From contig NC_068983.1 in the NCBI RefSeq assembly GCF_001194135.2, forward strand, positions 30,137,161 through 30,188,883: a stretch of DNA of 51,723 nt. The letters are read 5' to 3'. Within the stretch, counting starts at the first letter, position 1, and each line of letters begins with the position of its first letter. Source of the DNA: Octopus bimaculoides. Taxonomy: Eukaryota. Both the position numbers and the translations under genes were made by a program. Under the pieces are notes generated by a model. That model had not been told where the DNA came from. It did not search any database and saw only the letters and a list, made by a program, of their open reading frames with translations. Positions 1 to 10,089 of the stretch are shown in pieces.

Positions 1-140
1 CATTCTTTATCTCCTCCTCCTGTTGCTGCTCATCTTTTTTTTTTTACTGGCTCCTCTCCTACAAAACCTCTTCCCGGACATGTTTTTGCTTTGGTCTTTT
101 GATAATTCCAATTATTTCTTTCAATTTCTCTCAATTACAG

Positions 141-318
141 ATACGAATGTGTATTTAAATTTCTAATGAAAGTGCATTATGTCCAAATGGAATTGCAACA
201 TTGCTGGCTCCTACAGGTAAAAAGCAAATCATTAGGGTTAGGACGACAAAATGAAGCCAAGTGGCAACTGAGAACTCACCTGGCATTTCTGATTGACAAC
301 CTTCAGTATTATTTACAG
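141..318 (+). CDS. TUBGCP4: Gamma-tubulin complex component 4, internal exon
   Basis: ttacag| acceptor and |gtaaat donor. Translates YECVFKFLMKVHYVQMELQHCWLLQVKSKSLGLGRQNEAKWQLRTHLAFLIDNLQYYLQ, matching the recalled human GCP4 segment (ELQHCWALQ...KWRLRNHMAFLVDNLQYYLQ). Confidence 0.95.
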
Positions 319-504
319 GTAAATATTGAAGTTTCAATTACTTTTGAATATTTTCCTAAATTTTAATTTTGAATTATTCATAACTGGTGCAGGCATGACT
401 GTGTGGTAAATACCTTGGGAATGCAGTTAAACCTCATTGAGCCTTTAAACAAAAAAGAAGAAAAGGTACATTCATACACACACACACACACATTCACACT
501 CATC

Positions 505-570
505 ACCCATCATCATCATCATCTAACATTCCTTTTTCCATGCTGGCATGGGTTGGACAGTTTGACAGGA
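505..570 (-). mobile_element. 3' tail of a (GAT)n-ending retroposon, same family as 760-1192
   Basis: (CAT)n followed by the reverse complement of the TCAAA..GTCCAACCCATG tail seen at 1111-1131. Confidence 0.5.
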
Positions 571-759
571 ACCATATTTGGGAGGCTGCTGCACTGAGCT
601 CTAATGTGTGCTTTGGCATAGTTTCTACAGCTGGATACCCTTCCAAAACCAACCACTTTACAGAGTGCATTGGATGTTTTTTTTTTGTCACACCAGGTGT
701 GTATGCATTTCAGACAAAATCCATTGTGATATTTGTTCTGTCTGGTTTACACAGCCAAT

Positions 760-1192
760 CCCAGTGGCTGGCATGTTAGTGAGTTTTAAGCAGTGGAGCT
801 TGCGAAGACTTGTTGGGGCAAGCGAATGCCCAGCATCGCCTTTCTGGCACTTGTGCCCGCGGCATGTGTAAGGACTTTCGAGCGAGATCGTTGCCAGTGC
901 CCCTGGACTGGCTCTTGTGCGGGTGGCACATAAAATACACCATTTTGAGCGTGGCCGTTGCCAGTACCGCCTGACTGGCCCTTGTGCCGGTGGCACGTAA
1001 AAGCACCCACTACACTCTCGAAGTGGTTGGCATTAGGAAGGGCATCCAGCTGTAGAAACTCTGCCAAATCAGATTGGAGCGTGGTGCAGCCATCTGGTTC
1101 ACCAGTCCTCAGTCAAATCGTCCAACCCATGGAAAGCAGACGTTAAACGACGACGACGATGATGATGATGATGACGATGATGATGATGATGA
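760..1192 (+). mobile_element. SINE/RTE-type retroposon 3' part with three diverged ~65-bp internal units and a (GAC/GAT)n tail
   Basis: GTGGTTGGCATTAGGAAGGGCATCCAGCTGTAGAAAC block, repeated TTGCCAGT...CTTGTGC..GTGGCAC units at about 890-935 and 958-1002, trinucleotide tail. Confidence 0.65.
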
Positions 1193-1287
1193 TTCTCTAC
1201 CTGTCAAATTACAATATAAAATAAATAAGAAACATGGCATGAAATGTACAGAAATAATTTGAATTTACTTTTTATTTTTTTTTTTAG

Positions 1288-1422
1288 GTGGATGTCATTG
1301 AATCTTTACATAAAATATTGGTTGACAAGATCCTTTCAGTGCGTGATTTCGAGGCTGTTAAGCTCACACATGAGAAATTTCTCACTGACCTTCTTGACCT
1401 GAGCCTCTTCAGAAAACTGACA
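1288..1422 (+). CDS. TUBGCP4: GCP4 internal exon
   Basis: Poly-T tract + tag| acceptor, |gtaagg donor, phase 0-0. VDVIESLHKILVDKILSVRDFEAVKLTHEKFLTDLLDLSLFRKLT aligns to GCP4 VDVLESQF...RDFESIRLAHDHFL. Confidence 0.95.
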
Positions 1423-1967
1423 GTAAGGATTTAAATTCTGTTATTGTTGTTGTTATGAAAAGATTTCTGGAAAACTTAATTATTTTCTTTTGCTGGTGGT
1501 GTTACTTAGACCCAGGTCAGCCCTGTTTAAGTAGAATAGTAGGTCTAGGACCACATCCTTTTTTACACCTTTCAATAAGGCACAAGCAAAACAAGTGGGA
1601 AGGTCATTTTGCAGTATTTTGTATGACTGCAGTATGTTGGCAAACAATCTTTATGTCCATTCTGTTGATGTTTAGCCCTGAATTAGTCCTTATAGAGAAG
1701 ACCTGTGATCAAAATATCCAGCCATGACCACCCTGTAGCATAATGTATCAAGGACAATACTATGCAATGTGGCTTCTCTTTTTTAAGTCAGTAGAGTGTG
1801 TCAGGAGTAAAGTTTGGCTGCTCTTTCTTGCAGGTTGAGCAACCACATAGAAGCTGCCTCATTGGATCATGTCCATCCTAATGAACGGGCAAGTGTGCTA
1901 ATCATTGTACTCTGGATATATCTATATTTCTTCTTTAAAATATTTTTTTTCCTTTTAATGGTTTGGT

Positions 1968-2107
1968 CTCAAGCTAGTAGAATTGTTAGAACATTGGATA
2001 GAATACTTTGTTGTATTTGTTTTGACTCCCTGCATTCTGAGTTCAAATCCTGCTGAAACAGTGAACTTTGCTTTTCATGTTTTGGGGCTTGATAAAAAAG
2101 TATCAGT
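1968..2107 (+). mobile_element. Degenerate family-A tRNA-derived SINE
   Basis: TTCTGAGTTCAAAT B-box-like motif and ACTTTGCTTTTCAT central block. Confidence 0.55.
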
Positions 2108-2602
2108 CCTGAGTGGAACTGATAGAGTATCAGTGGCCCTGAAGTTAGGGCCTTTCTCTTGGTCAGCATTGGGGTTATGGAGAGGGGAGACTTGCATGCA
2201 TGGGCTACTACTTCTTTTCTCCACAAAAATACATGCCCGGGCTTGCACACACAGATGTAGATAACTGGTCTGAAGGAGATCCCCTATAATAGTTTGGTCT
2301 GGAAAAGGGATTGTACTGGTAGCCATTTCTATCTCCTGAGACCAATGACATTGATGTAGTCAATGTTCCTCTTGCCCAGTTGCAAGTTGATACCTGCAGG
2401 AAAATTCCAGATTAGGGATAATGGTTGATACAAGGTCAGGTGCTAGTATATGTGATAGTGTGGGTAAAAAGAAGAGGAGAGAAGTGTGAGTCAGGAGGGT
2501 ACAAAATCAGCCATTGTCAAAGAGAAGAAGCCACTATAATGATGATAGAATGAAGAGACAACTATGTCTTGTATTGTTTGTTAATACTATTTGTGTGTTT
2601 AA

Positions 2603-2815
2603 GGTGGTGAGCTGGGAGAATCATTAGCGCTCTGGGGAATTTGCTTAGCAGCATTTCATGTATCTGTACGTTTTGAGTTCAAATGCCACTGAGGTTGACT
2701 TTGCCTTTCATCCTCTCAAGGTCAATAAAATGAGTACCAGTTGAGTACTGGGGTTGATATAATTGGCTTACCCCTCTTCGAAATTACTGGCCTTGTGCCA
2801 AAATTTGAAACCAAT
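2603..2815 (+). mobile_element. Family-A tRNA-derived SINE
   Basis: GAGCTGG.AGAATCATTAGC head, GAGTTCAAAT B-box, GACTTTGCCTTTCATCC central block, CTTGTGCCAAAATTTGAAACC tail. Many homologous copies lie in this window. Confidence 0.85.
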
Positions 2816-2905
2816 GCTACTTGTGTGTGTGTATAATTTGCTTATTTATTCATCATTATCAAGGTTAAAATTACTAACAAGGTCTTTGTTTCAATTGTGT
2901 TACAG

Positions 2906-3022
2906 AATCACCTGTTAGATGATCTGTTATCGGCGTGTCTGTCATTTTGTGATCTCATCAAGAACAGTTACCCAGCTGAACTGACTGACATTCAACAACA
3001 GCGTCTGTCTTCCATTCGAAAG
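2906..3022 (+). CDS. TUBGCP4: GCP4 internal exon
   Basis: ttacag| acceptor, weak AAG|gttttt donor, phase 0-0. NHLLDDLLSACLSFCDLIKNSYPAELTDIQQQRLSSIRK aligns to GCP4 HCLNEILDLCHSFCSLV. Confidence 0.88.
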
Positions 3023-3077
3023 GTTTTTAATTTTCATCTTACTTTGTTGCTGGTGTCGTTATTGTTTTGTTATAAAA

Positions 3078-3295
3078 GGCAGAAAGCTGGCAGAATCATT
3101 AGCATGCCAGGCAAAATACTTAGCAGCATTTTGCCCGTCTTTACATTCTGAGTTCAAATTCTACTGGGGTTGACTTTGCCTTTCATCCTTTCGGGGTTGA
3201 TGAAATAAGTACCAGTGAAACACTGGGGGTTAATATAATTGACTGGTTTCCTTCCCTAAAATTCCAGGCCTTGTGCCTACAGTAGAAAGGATTAT
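3078..3295 (+). mobile_element. Family-A SINE
   Basis: Same head and central block, with a CTTGTGCCTACAGTAGAAAGGATTATT tail. Confidence 0.85.
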
Positions 3296-3350
3296 TGTTT
3301 CATTATGAGGTGGCAAGGTGGCAGAATCATTAGTTCACAAACAAAATGCT

Positions 3351-3533
3351 GTATGTGTGTGTATATGTATGTATGTGTATATGTATGTATGTGTATATGT
3401 GTCTCTGTATATGTATGTATGTGTATATGTGTGTGTATATGTATGTATGTATGTGTATATGTGTCTCTGTATATGTATGTATGTGTATATGTGTGTATAT
3501 ATATATTCATGTATGTGTATATGTGTGTATATA

Positions 3534-3571
<38 letters not shown>

Positions 3572-3612
3572 TATATATATATGTATGTGTGTGTGTGTGC
3601 GTACATATATAT
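3351..3612 (+). repeat. Compound (TA/TG/TATG)n microsatellite
   Basis: Directly visible. Confidence 0.95.
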
Positions 3613-3763
3613 CCATCCATCCACCCATCTCAGTGGTGTGGCACCCATATATGTTAGCACCATCCCAAAATAGGTCTTATTTGATCTTTGCAGTACAACT
3701 ACAAACATGAAACCAAAGAAGTCTTGGGAAAAATCTGAATTCTAATTTTTTCATTTGTTTTAG

Positions 3764-3906
3764 GATGTTCGTAATCACACTGGGATGTTATTTAGTATGC
3801 TGAACAAATCCCAAGCTTACTCCAGTCTACAAACAATCGACCAGTTTATGTTAAGGATTGACTACAACAGATTTGTCTCCAAACATTCAAAAGGCTACTT
3901 AGGAGG
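3764..3906 (+). CDS. TUBGCP4: GCP4 penultimate coding exon (ends at 3910 with TAA if the following intron is retained)
   Basis: tttag| acceptor. DVRNHTGMLFSMLNKSQAYSSLQTIDQFMLRIDYNRFVSKHSKGYLG contains the conserved GRIP2 C-terminal L-x-R-x-D-Y-N motif. Consensus donor GG|GTAAGT at 3907. Confidence 0.9.
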
Positions 3907-3964
3907 GTAAGTATAATTTGTAAAGTCAGTAGATGTGATTTTCATATGTATGTGAATATACACA

Positions 3965-4000
<36 letters not shown>

Positions 4001-4237
4001 CAGGGATTAATCTTCTCTCTTCGCTCCTTTGCACCACATGGGCTCAACTCTCCTCCCCTCTTCCTCTTGCCTCTCTTTCGCTCTTCTCTTTTACTCTTTT
4101 TCTCTCTCCTCTCTCTCTTCTCTCATACCCACCTTCCCCTTCATAATTATATTTTATACATCACTTGTTTGTTTTGTTGTTTTTTTTTCTTTTTTCATTC
4201 TCCTTTCTTTCACTCTTAGTCTGTCTGTCTCTCTCTG

Positions 4238-4271
<34 letters not shown>

Positions 4272-4321
4272 ATACAAATTCTCCCAGAGATAATTAACAA
4301 TTTTTCCTTTTTATATTTCAG

Positions 4322-4346
4322 CACAGGAGATGGATTCATCCATTAG
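4322..4346 (+). CDS. TUBGCP4: Probable last coding exon of GCP4 (G-TGDGFIH-stop)
   Basis: Pyrimidine tract ttttcctttttatatttcag| acceptor. The phase-2 join gg|c gives GTGDGFIH* with TAG at 4344-4346. No transcript evidence is available. Confidence 0.6.
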
Positions 4347-4560
4347 CCAAACACTGCTGGCTACAACAACAGCAACAACAAATGACAATGTTTGCAAAAT
4401 GCATGATGTCTTATAGATATAAAGATGGCAAAATGAGAATTCCTGTCCTTCATGCCAGTTAGCAATGTAAATGTTGTGTATGCAGATCCAGGTGAAATCG
4501 AAACCAGATGAAGCCTTTGAATTTGCCTTGAACCTGCTGTGCCTTACCATGATATCTGCC

Positions 4561-4789
4561 TTAACTCTTTAGCATTTAAATTGGCCATATCTGGCCAAAA
4601 TAATCTACCTGTTTTATTTTCAAACTGGCCAGATTCAGCCTCTCTCACTTACCCTACAATTATTATTCTAGAAATAAACAATCACATCATTGAAATCTCA
4701 AAACTATAAAGTAATGCATGATTAATTCAAATCTATTTGAATAAAAAAGAATTACATTTGACAGAGAATTCTGAATACTAAAGGGTTAA
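4561..4789. mobile_element. piggyBac-like MITE (TTAA TSD, TIR 14/16 including TTAA)
   Basis: TTAACTCTTTAGCATT at the left end and AATACTAAAGGGTTAA at the right end. Confidence 0.75.
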
Positions 4790-5021
4790 GCACAATGAAA
4801 ATTGTAAAATTTCAAATAATGCCATGTGTTGGTGCTCTCTGGTCACTGCAACCTGTGATGATAAGATGATGGCCTGTGGGTGTGGTAGCTGTACAGCTTG
4901 TGATAATCTGTTGGTGATCTGTGAATGCCAAAGGCCCTAACCTGTGTTTATTGGGACTCACTCCCTAGCAAGTTCAAGTTCATTATTAAATTGTTCGAGA
5001 TGTTTATTGTTTATAAGGATA

Positions 5022-5027
5022 AATAAA
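5022..5027 (+). terminator. Candidate polyadenylation signal AATAAA for TUBGCP4 (others at 4673 and 4740)
   Basis: AATAAA hexamer followed by T-rich sequence, downstream of the stop codon. Confidence 0.35.
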
Positions 5028-5301
5028 ATAATGTTTTTTTAATTTATTTATATAAAATCATCTATTGTTTATTTTCTAAAAAAAAAAGAAAGAAAACTTT
5101 TTTAAAGTGTGTTATAGTAGCAAGTGAGGTTAACTTCATTGCTGATTAAATTTTTACTGGTGATATAATATGCTAATCATATACAAATCAGTTTTGTAAA
5201 CTCTTTCTATTGGTCAGTTAAAATAAAACATGTGTCCTACATCTTGAAATGTGGAGAATTCCAGAAAGTACCACACTATCAAAATTTTGTTAATTTAGTT
5301 A

Positions 5302-5408
5302 GCCTGGGGCTATAGTAGAGGGCACTTGCCTAAGATGCCACACAGTGGGACTAAACCGGGAACCTGATGGTTAGGAAGCCAACTTCTTACCACACACAGC
5401 CATGCCTG
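5302..5408 (-). mobile_element. Family-B (CORE-like) tRNA-derived SINE, 5' part
   Basis: Reverse complement of GGCTGTGTG.GTAAG...GTCCCACTG.GTGGCA.CTT.GGCAAGTG. Confidence 0.75.
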
Positions 5409-5583
5409 TGTCTATAACATATAGAGATACATGTAATATGTGTAGGAAGATGGGCATTTGTTGGGGTTAATGACAATGCTTCTCAGTTCTCTTGATAATT
5501 CTTGTATCTTGTATGTTTGTGGATTGAGAAGTTCAAGAGAGAACGTAAAGAAAAGATAAGCAGAAATATTTATTAGAACAATA

Positions 5584-5816
5584 AAGGTGGCAAGCTGGCA
5601 GAAACGTTAGCACGCCAGGCGAAATGCTTCGCGGTATTTCGTCTACCGTTACGTTCTGAGTTCAAATTCTGCTGAGGTCGACTTTGCCTTTCATCCTTTC
5701 GGGGTCGATAAATTAAGTACCAGTTACGCACTGGGGTCAATGTAAACGACTTAATCCCTTTGTCTGTCCTTGTTTGTCCCCTCTATGTTTAGCCCCATGT
5801 GGGCAATAAAGAAATA
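5584..5816 (+). mobile_element. Family-A SINE, full length, 22-bp TSD
   Basis: TSD AGAAATATTTATTAGAACAATA at 5562-5583 and 5817-5838. Confidence 0.92.
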
Positions 5817-6090
5817 AGAAATATTTATTAGAACAATATAACACAAGGATGGATATATATATATACATACATATATATATATATATATTATATATATATA
5901 TAGTTTTAGGGAAAAGAACCAAGGTTCATGAACTCATCGATGAAGCTTATATACTGTGGAGCTTAATTTAATTTTAATTTTTAATAAATTGATTTTAATT
6001 GAGTTTTTACCTGTAATTTTGGATTTTATCCCTAATATTATTATTATATAACATGATGGAAGATATATTAAATATATATCACACGATGGA

Positions 6091-6128
<38 letters not shown>

Positions 6129-6140
6129 CATGAGGATGGA

Positions 6141-6240
6141 AGAATAATATAACACGACCATGGAAGTTATATATAAGAATAATATAACACGACCATGGAA
6201 GATATATAAAGAATAGTATAACATGAGCATGGAAGATATC
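6141..6240 (+). repeat. Minisatellite with a ~34-bp unit (AATAATATAACACGACCATGGAAG...)
   Basis: Three tandem units, with more degenerate units upstream. Confidence 0.8.
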
Positions 6241-6519
6241 AAGCTTTAATAGTAGATCACAATATTTTCTGCACTGTACACCAGCTTTTAAGTTGGTGAG
6301 TTTATATTCATATACCATTATAGAAGATCATTCTTTGCAATTAGTATATAATTGAATATTTTTCAGTAACAGCCGTATGCTTCATTGGGTGGAATACGAT
6401 TAAGTCCTGTTGGATTTTTCTGAATATTCTGAATACTATATTTATATATCTTTGTGTGTGTGTATAATATATATATATATATAATTGTGTGTCTATGAGT
6501 GTAATGCCAGTGTTAGAAT

Positions 6520-6700
6520 GGTGGCAGCTGATGAAGGAAATGTTCTCTATGTGGCCTGTGTGTTTTCTGTACTCTGGTTATTATTTTTTTGTCTACGTTT
6601 TGTTTGCAACGTCCTGTACCCAGATATGCATCTATATATACAGGTAGATGTAAGTATGTACATACATGTACGTATTTATGCATATACTCATTTATTATTT
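6520..6700 (+). mobile_element. Dispersed (TA)n-associated repeat, family D (second copy at 39560-39790)
   Basis: Shares GCTGATGAAG...TCTACGTTTTGTTTGCAA.GTCCTGTACCCAGATATGCA with 39638-39785. Confidence 0.7.
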
Positions 6701-8186
6701 GTATCATATAATATATATATATATATTTGTGTGTGTCTATGTATGTGTATACATTTGAAGATTAGAGGATATTAAAGATAGGCAGCAAGCCAGCTGTGAG
6801 GCAATTAGACTAAAGTGTTGGTATTGGTGTGATGTGGTATGGTGGTGGTGGTGGTGGTTGTGGTGGTGGGTCGAAGGTGTTCAGTTTATCATAAAACATT
6901 TTTGTGTCAGTCCTCAGCCATGCAGACAAATGTCTTCTTGGAAGGTGCTCCATTTATAAGAGAACATAGTTGTTTTATTAGTCATAGAAGGGTTAAAAGT
7001 GTAAAACTGCTCAAATACACTTTGGTGGCTGTATAATTAGCTGTAAAACCAGATGTCTAATAAATATTCTTCTGTAATTGTTTTATCTCCTTGTGTTCTT
7101 CTGCTATGAAAATATGAGGTAGTCAAAGAGTGTCTTTACATGGTTGCTCGAACTGCTTAACCAAATCTCCCTCAAGCCATACTTCAACCATTGGGGTTGG
7201 AGAAAGGAAAAGTACACAATAGATAATGTAGTCCTACTTGCCTCCAAAAAAAAAAAGATGGGATGGTCATGGGTGGAATACATTTGGTCATAGGTGTGCT
7301 TGGGTGGAGTTGACTTACTGCTAAATATCTCACCATCATGACTATTATCACCATCACTACCACCCACCACCAACGTTGGGACCTCTATAAGGTCGTTTGA
7401 TCTTGTAGAAATAGCAACCAAATCTTCCTGAAATCACACCCCACAATCTTAGAATGGAGAAATATTATTGGATAATGCATTAAAAAAAAAAAAAAAGACG
7501 CCAAAAAAAAAAACTGGGAGGCCGGACGATTATGGCTGGATTTCCTTTGATCACAGGTTTGTTCAAAAAGGTACATACCGACCCCGTCTGGAACAAAGTA
7601 TGGCTGAACTTGGGATTTTGGGGGAGAGAATGCAAGTTCTTAATTCATGTGCTGCAAATGATCACGATATCTGAGACTATAAAAATCTGCAAGACGTTCA
7701 GATTTAAAGGATGACGTTTTGAAACAAATCCTTCACAACCTTGTTACCAAGTAGGTAGCTGGTCAAAATTTATTCTAAAATTAAAAAGGGAAGGACATAC
7801 ATACATTCACACATACATACGTGTATAGCAAATGAAAGGAGATCTGGGAATAGACTGTTACCTCAGTCAGCACTCCTGTAAAATACTAGCTAACAAAATA
7901 TATAGAGAAGGACAATGCTTCATTAGAAGTGTTTCACTCAGACTGAAAATCTGAGAAGCTTCCCTAAAATAAGCGAAGAATGGAGGTATTGATGTCAAAT
8001 TTATTTTTTGGTTACAGCTGTATCAATGCATACAGTTAATAAATCATTTAACAAGTAGAAAAACATGAATGAGACCAATGATTACGTAACATTGATTATA
8101 TATCGATTATGTAATGAAAATCTATTGCCATTTCATTATGACCTTTATGAATAAATTAATACGAGAATAACTTCGATTGATTTACC

Positions 8187-8392
8187 TACGAAAGGTGCTG
8201 AGAAGTTCCTGGCTTTAAGGGTGTCGCGAAAGGCCTGGCTGGAGGTCCAACCTTCCGAGTTCTTTTACAAGGCTTAGGAAAAATGAAGGGCTGCTGCAAT
8301 AAGTGTGAGAATCTGAGAGAGGAAGATGTTGAATAAAATCCTCCCGTGTTTTCTTTTAGCCAAAGCCAGGAATTTTTCAGCACCCCCTCGTA
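8187..8392 (+). mobile_element. Mariner-derived MITE
   Basis: TIRs TACGAAAGGTGCTGAGAAGTTCCTGGCTTT and AAAGCCAGGAATTTTTCAGCACCCCCTCGTA with TA ends. Internal remnant LGKMKGCCNKCENLREEDVE* resembles the mariner transposase C-terminus. Confidence 0.85.
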
Positions 8393-8814
8393 TATATAAG
8401 TAGACAATTTGACGCGAAGTGTTTATGTGTTTTGCAGAGTTTTTCTTAGAAGCGCAAATAAAAGAAATGGTAAAGATGTTGGCTGCAATACTTGGTAACA
8501 GAAATGAAAGTGTTTCTTCTACCTTGTCAAAATGATCGTCTGTGTAATTGTGGAGATAGAAATAATTGCCCTTTGAATAACCAATATTTTATATTCTATG
8601 AACGTTTACTACAGCGACCAAGATATTTTGTGCTTGGACCTTCCTAGACGTGTAGAAAATAACTACGTAAATAATCGAGATGTGGATTTTGTAGATGGAA
8701 ACTGGAAGAAGCCTGTTGTGTACATACATGTGTGTGTACGTATGTGTATGTGTAAATGTGTGCGTGTGCGCGTGTATGTGTACATGCGTGTGCATCTTTG
8801 TAGTTGTACCCATC

Positions 8815-8928
8815 ACAGATTGGCTTTGGTCGTCCCGAGGCTATAGTAGAAGACACTTGCCCAAGGTGCCACGCAGTGGGACTGAACCCGGAACCATGTG
8901 GTTGGGAAGCAAGCTACTTACCACAGAC
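8815..8928 (-). mobile_element. Family-B SINE, 5' part
   Basis: Reverse complement of GTGTGGTAAGTAGCTTGCTTCCCAACCACATGGTTCCGGGTTCAGTCCCACTGCGTGGCACCTTGGGCAAGTG. Confidence 0.85.
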
Positions 8929-9532
8929 AGTATAATTTGATTCGATAAATATTTGGCTACTTTTCTAGATTTATCCCGTTTGTGCATTTACCTCCTACCA
9001 CGTGACTTTTTATCATTAGTAAAGCTCTTCGGTGCTACTTTAGTGTGCAGTCTATAGCGGTATCCGTAGTCAACACAGTAAATTGATTTGATCCGTCTAC
9101 TGAGACGTCAGTTGTTTTTGTGACTTTTCATAATATGAATTTATTACCTGTGCTTACTTTTGTTTTTACCCTTTTGGCTAGATTGGATGCCAATACAAAG
9201 ATATTAAAGGAAAATGAGTGGCGTTAACAGTGAACTTCTCCAACCACACCTTGAATACATTTCCTTGACAGTACCGAGAAAAGATGCAGCAGATTTGCTT
9301 GTGTGTATCGTTAAAGGATTTAAGAGAAAATTGTCTGTATCAGTTATGTAGCACCAATGAATTCCATTACAATCCATTCTCCAATAGGCACAAAGCCTAA
9401 AATTTTTGGGGAGGTAACTGATCTATTACATTAACACCAGTGGTCAGCTGGTACTTATTTTATTGACCCCAGAAGGATCACCTCCGTGACCTTGGCAGAA
9501 TTAGGTCATAGAACTTAAGGCTAGAAGAAATG

Positions 9533-9912
9533 CTACAGTTCTATATTTAAGAGATGAGGAATTATGTACATTATTTACATTATTTACATTTGACAGATAG
9601 TTGTCCTCATCTTGTTTGTTGTTAACACAACGTTTTGGCTGATATAACCTCAAGCCTTCATCAGGTGTCTTGGGGAAATTTCGAACCTGGGTTCTCATTC
9701 CTAAGGTATTTTTTGATTTTATTATTATTATTATTATTCAGGTCACTGCCTGGAATCGAACTTGGAATCTTGGGTTTAGTAGCCTGCGCTCTTAACTACT
9801 AAGCCATATGCCCACTCTTAACCACTACGCCATATGCCCGCGGGCATATGGCGTAGTGGTTAAGAGCGCGGGTTACTAACCCCAAAATTCTGAGTTCGAT
9901 TCCAAGCAGCGA

Positions 9913-9948
<36 letters not shown>

Positions 9949-10089
9949 CATCAAAAAATACATTTGGAATGAGAATCCAGGTTCGAAATTATCCCAAGAC
10001 ACCTGATGAAGGCTGGAGGGTATATCAGCCGAAACGTTGTGTTAACAACAAACAAGATGAGGAAAAATATCCGTCGAATGTCAATAATT
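9533..10089. mobile_element. Palindromic head-to-head dimer of a tRNA-headed, hammerhead-containing PLE-related element (P1)
   Basis: 11-bp TSD TAGAAGAAATG at 9522-9532 and 10090-10100. Arms are inverted about 9840/9841. A-box TGGCGTAGTGG, B-box GAGTTCGATTCC, (AAT)n, then a tail shared with 32132-32481 and 46043-46260. Confidence 0.9.
9998..10043 (+). ncRNA. Type I hammerhead ribozyme (minimal, Penelope-type)
   Basis: gACAC-CTGATGA-A-GGCTG(GAGGGTATAT)CAGCC-GAAAC-GTT-GTGTt. Core intact, 5-bp stem II, palindromic AACGTT stem III, stem I ACAC/GTGT, GUU cleavage triplet. The inverted copy at 9624-9669 has a G12-to-A core change. Confidence 0.75.

Noticed and set aside
3292-3710. Several 100-140 aa ORFs rich in Y/V/C/M or H/T/Y/I (also near 10.6, 39.7-40.5 and 47 kb)
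   Set aside because: They are translations of TA/TG/CA microsatellites, which lack stops in some frames.
9842-9915. tRNA gene at the heads of P1 and P3
   Set aside because: A and B boxes are present but the acceptor and anticodon stems do not pair fully, and the sequence continues into a repeat tail. This is a tRNA-derived head, not a functional tRNA.
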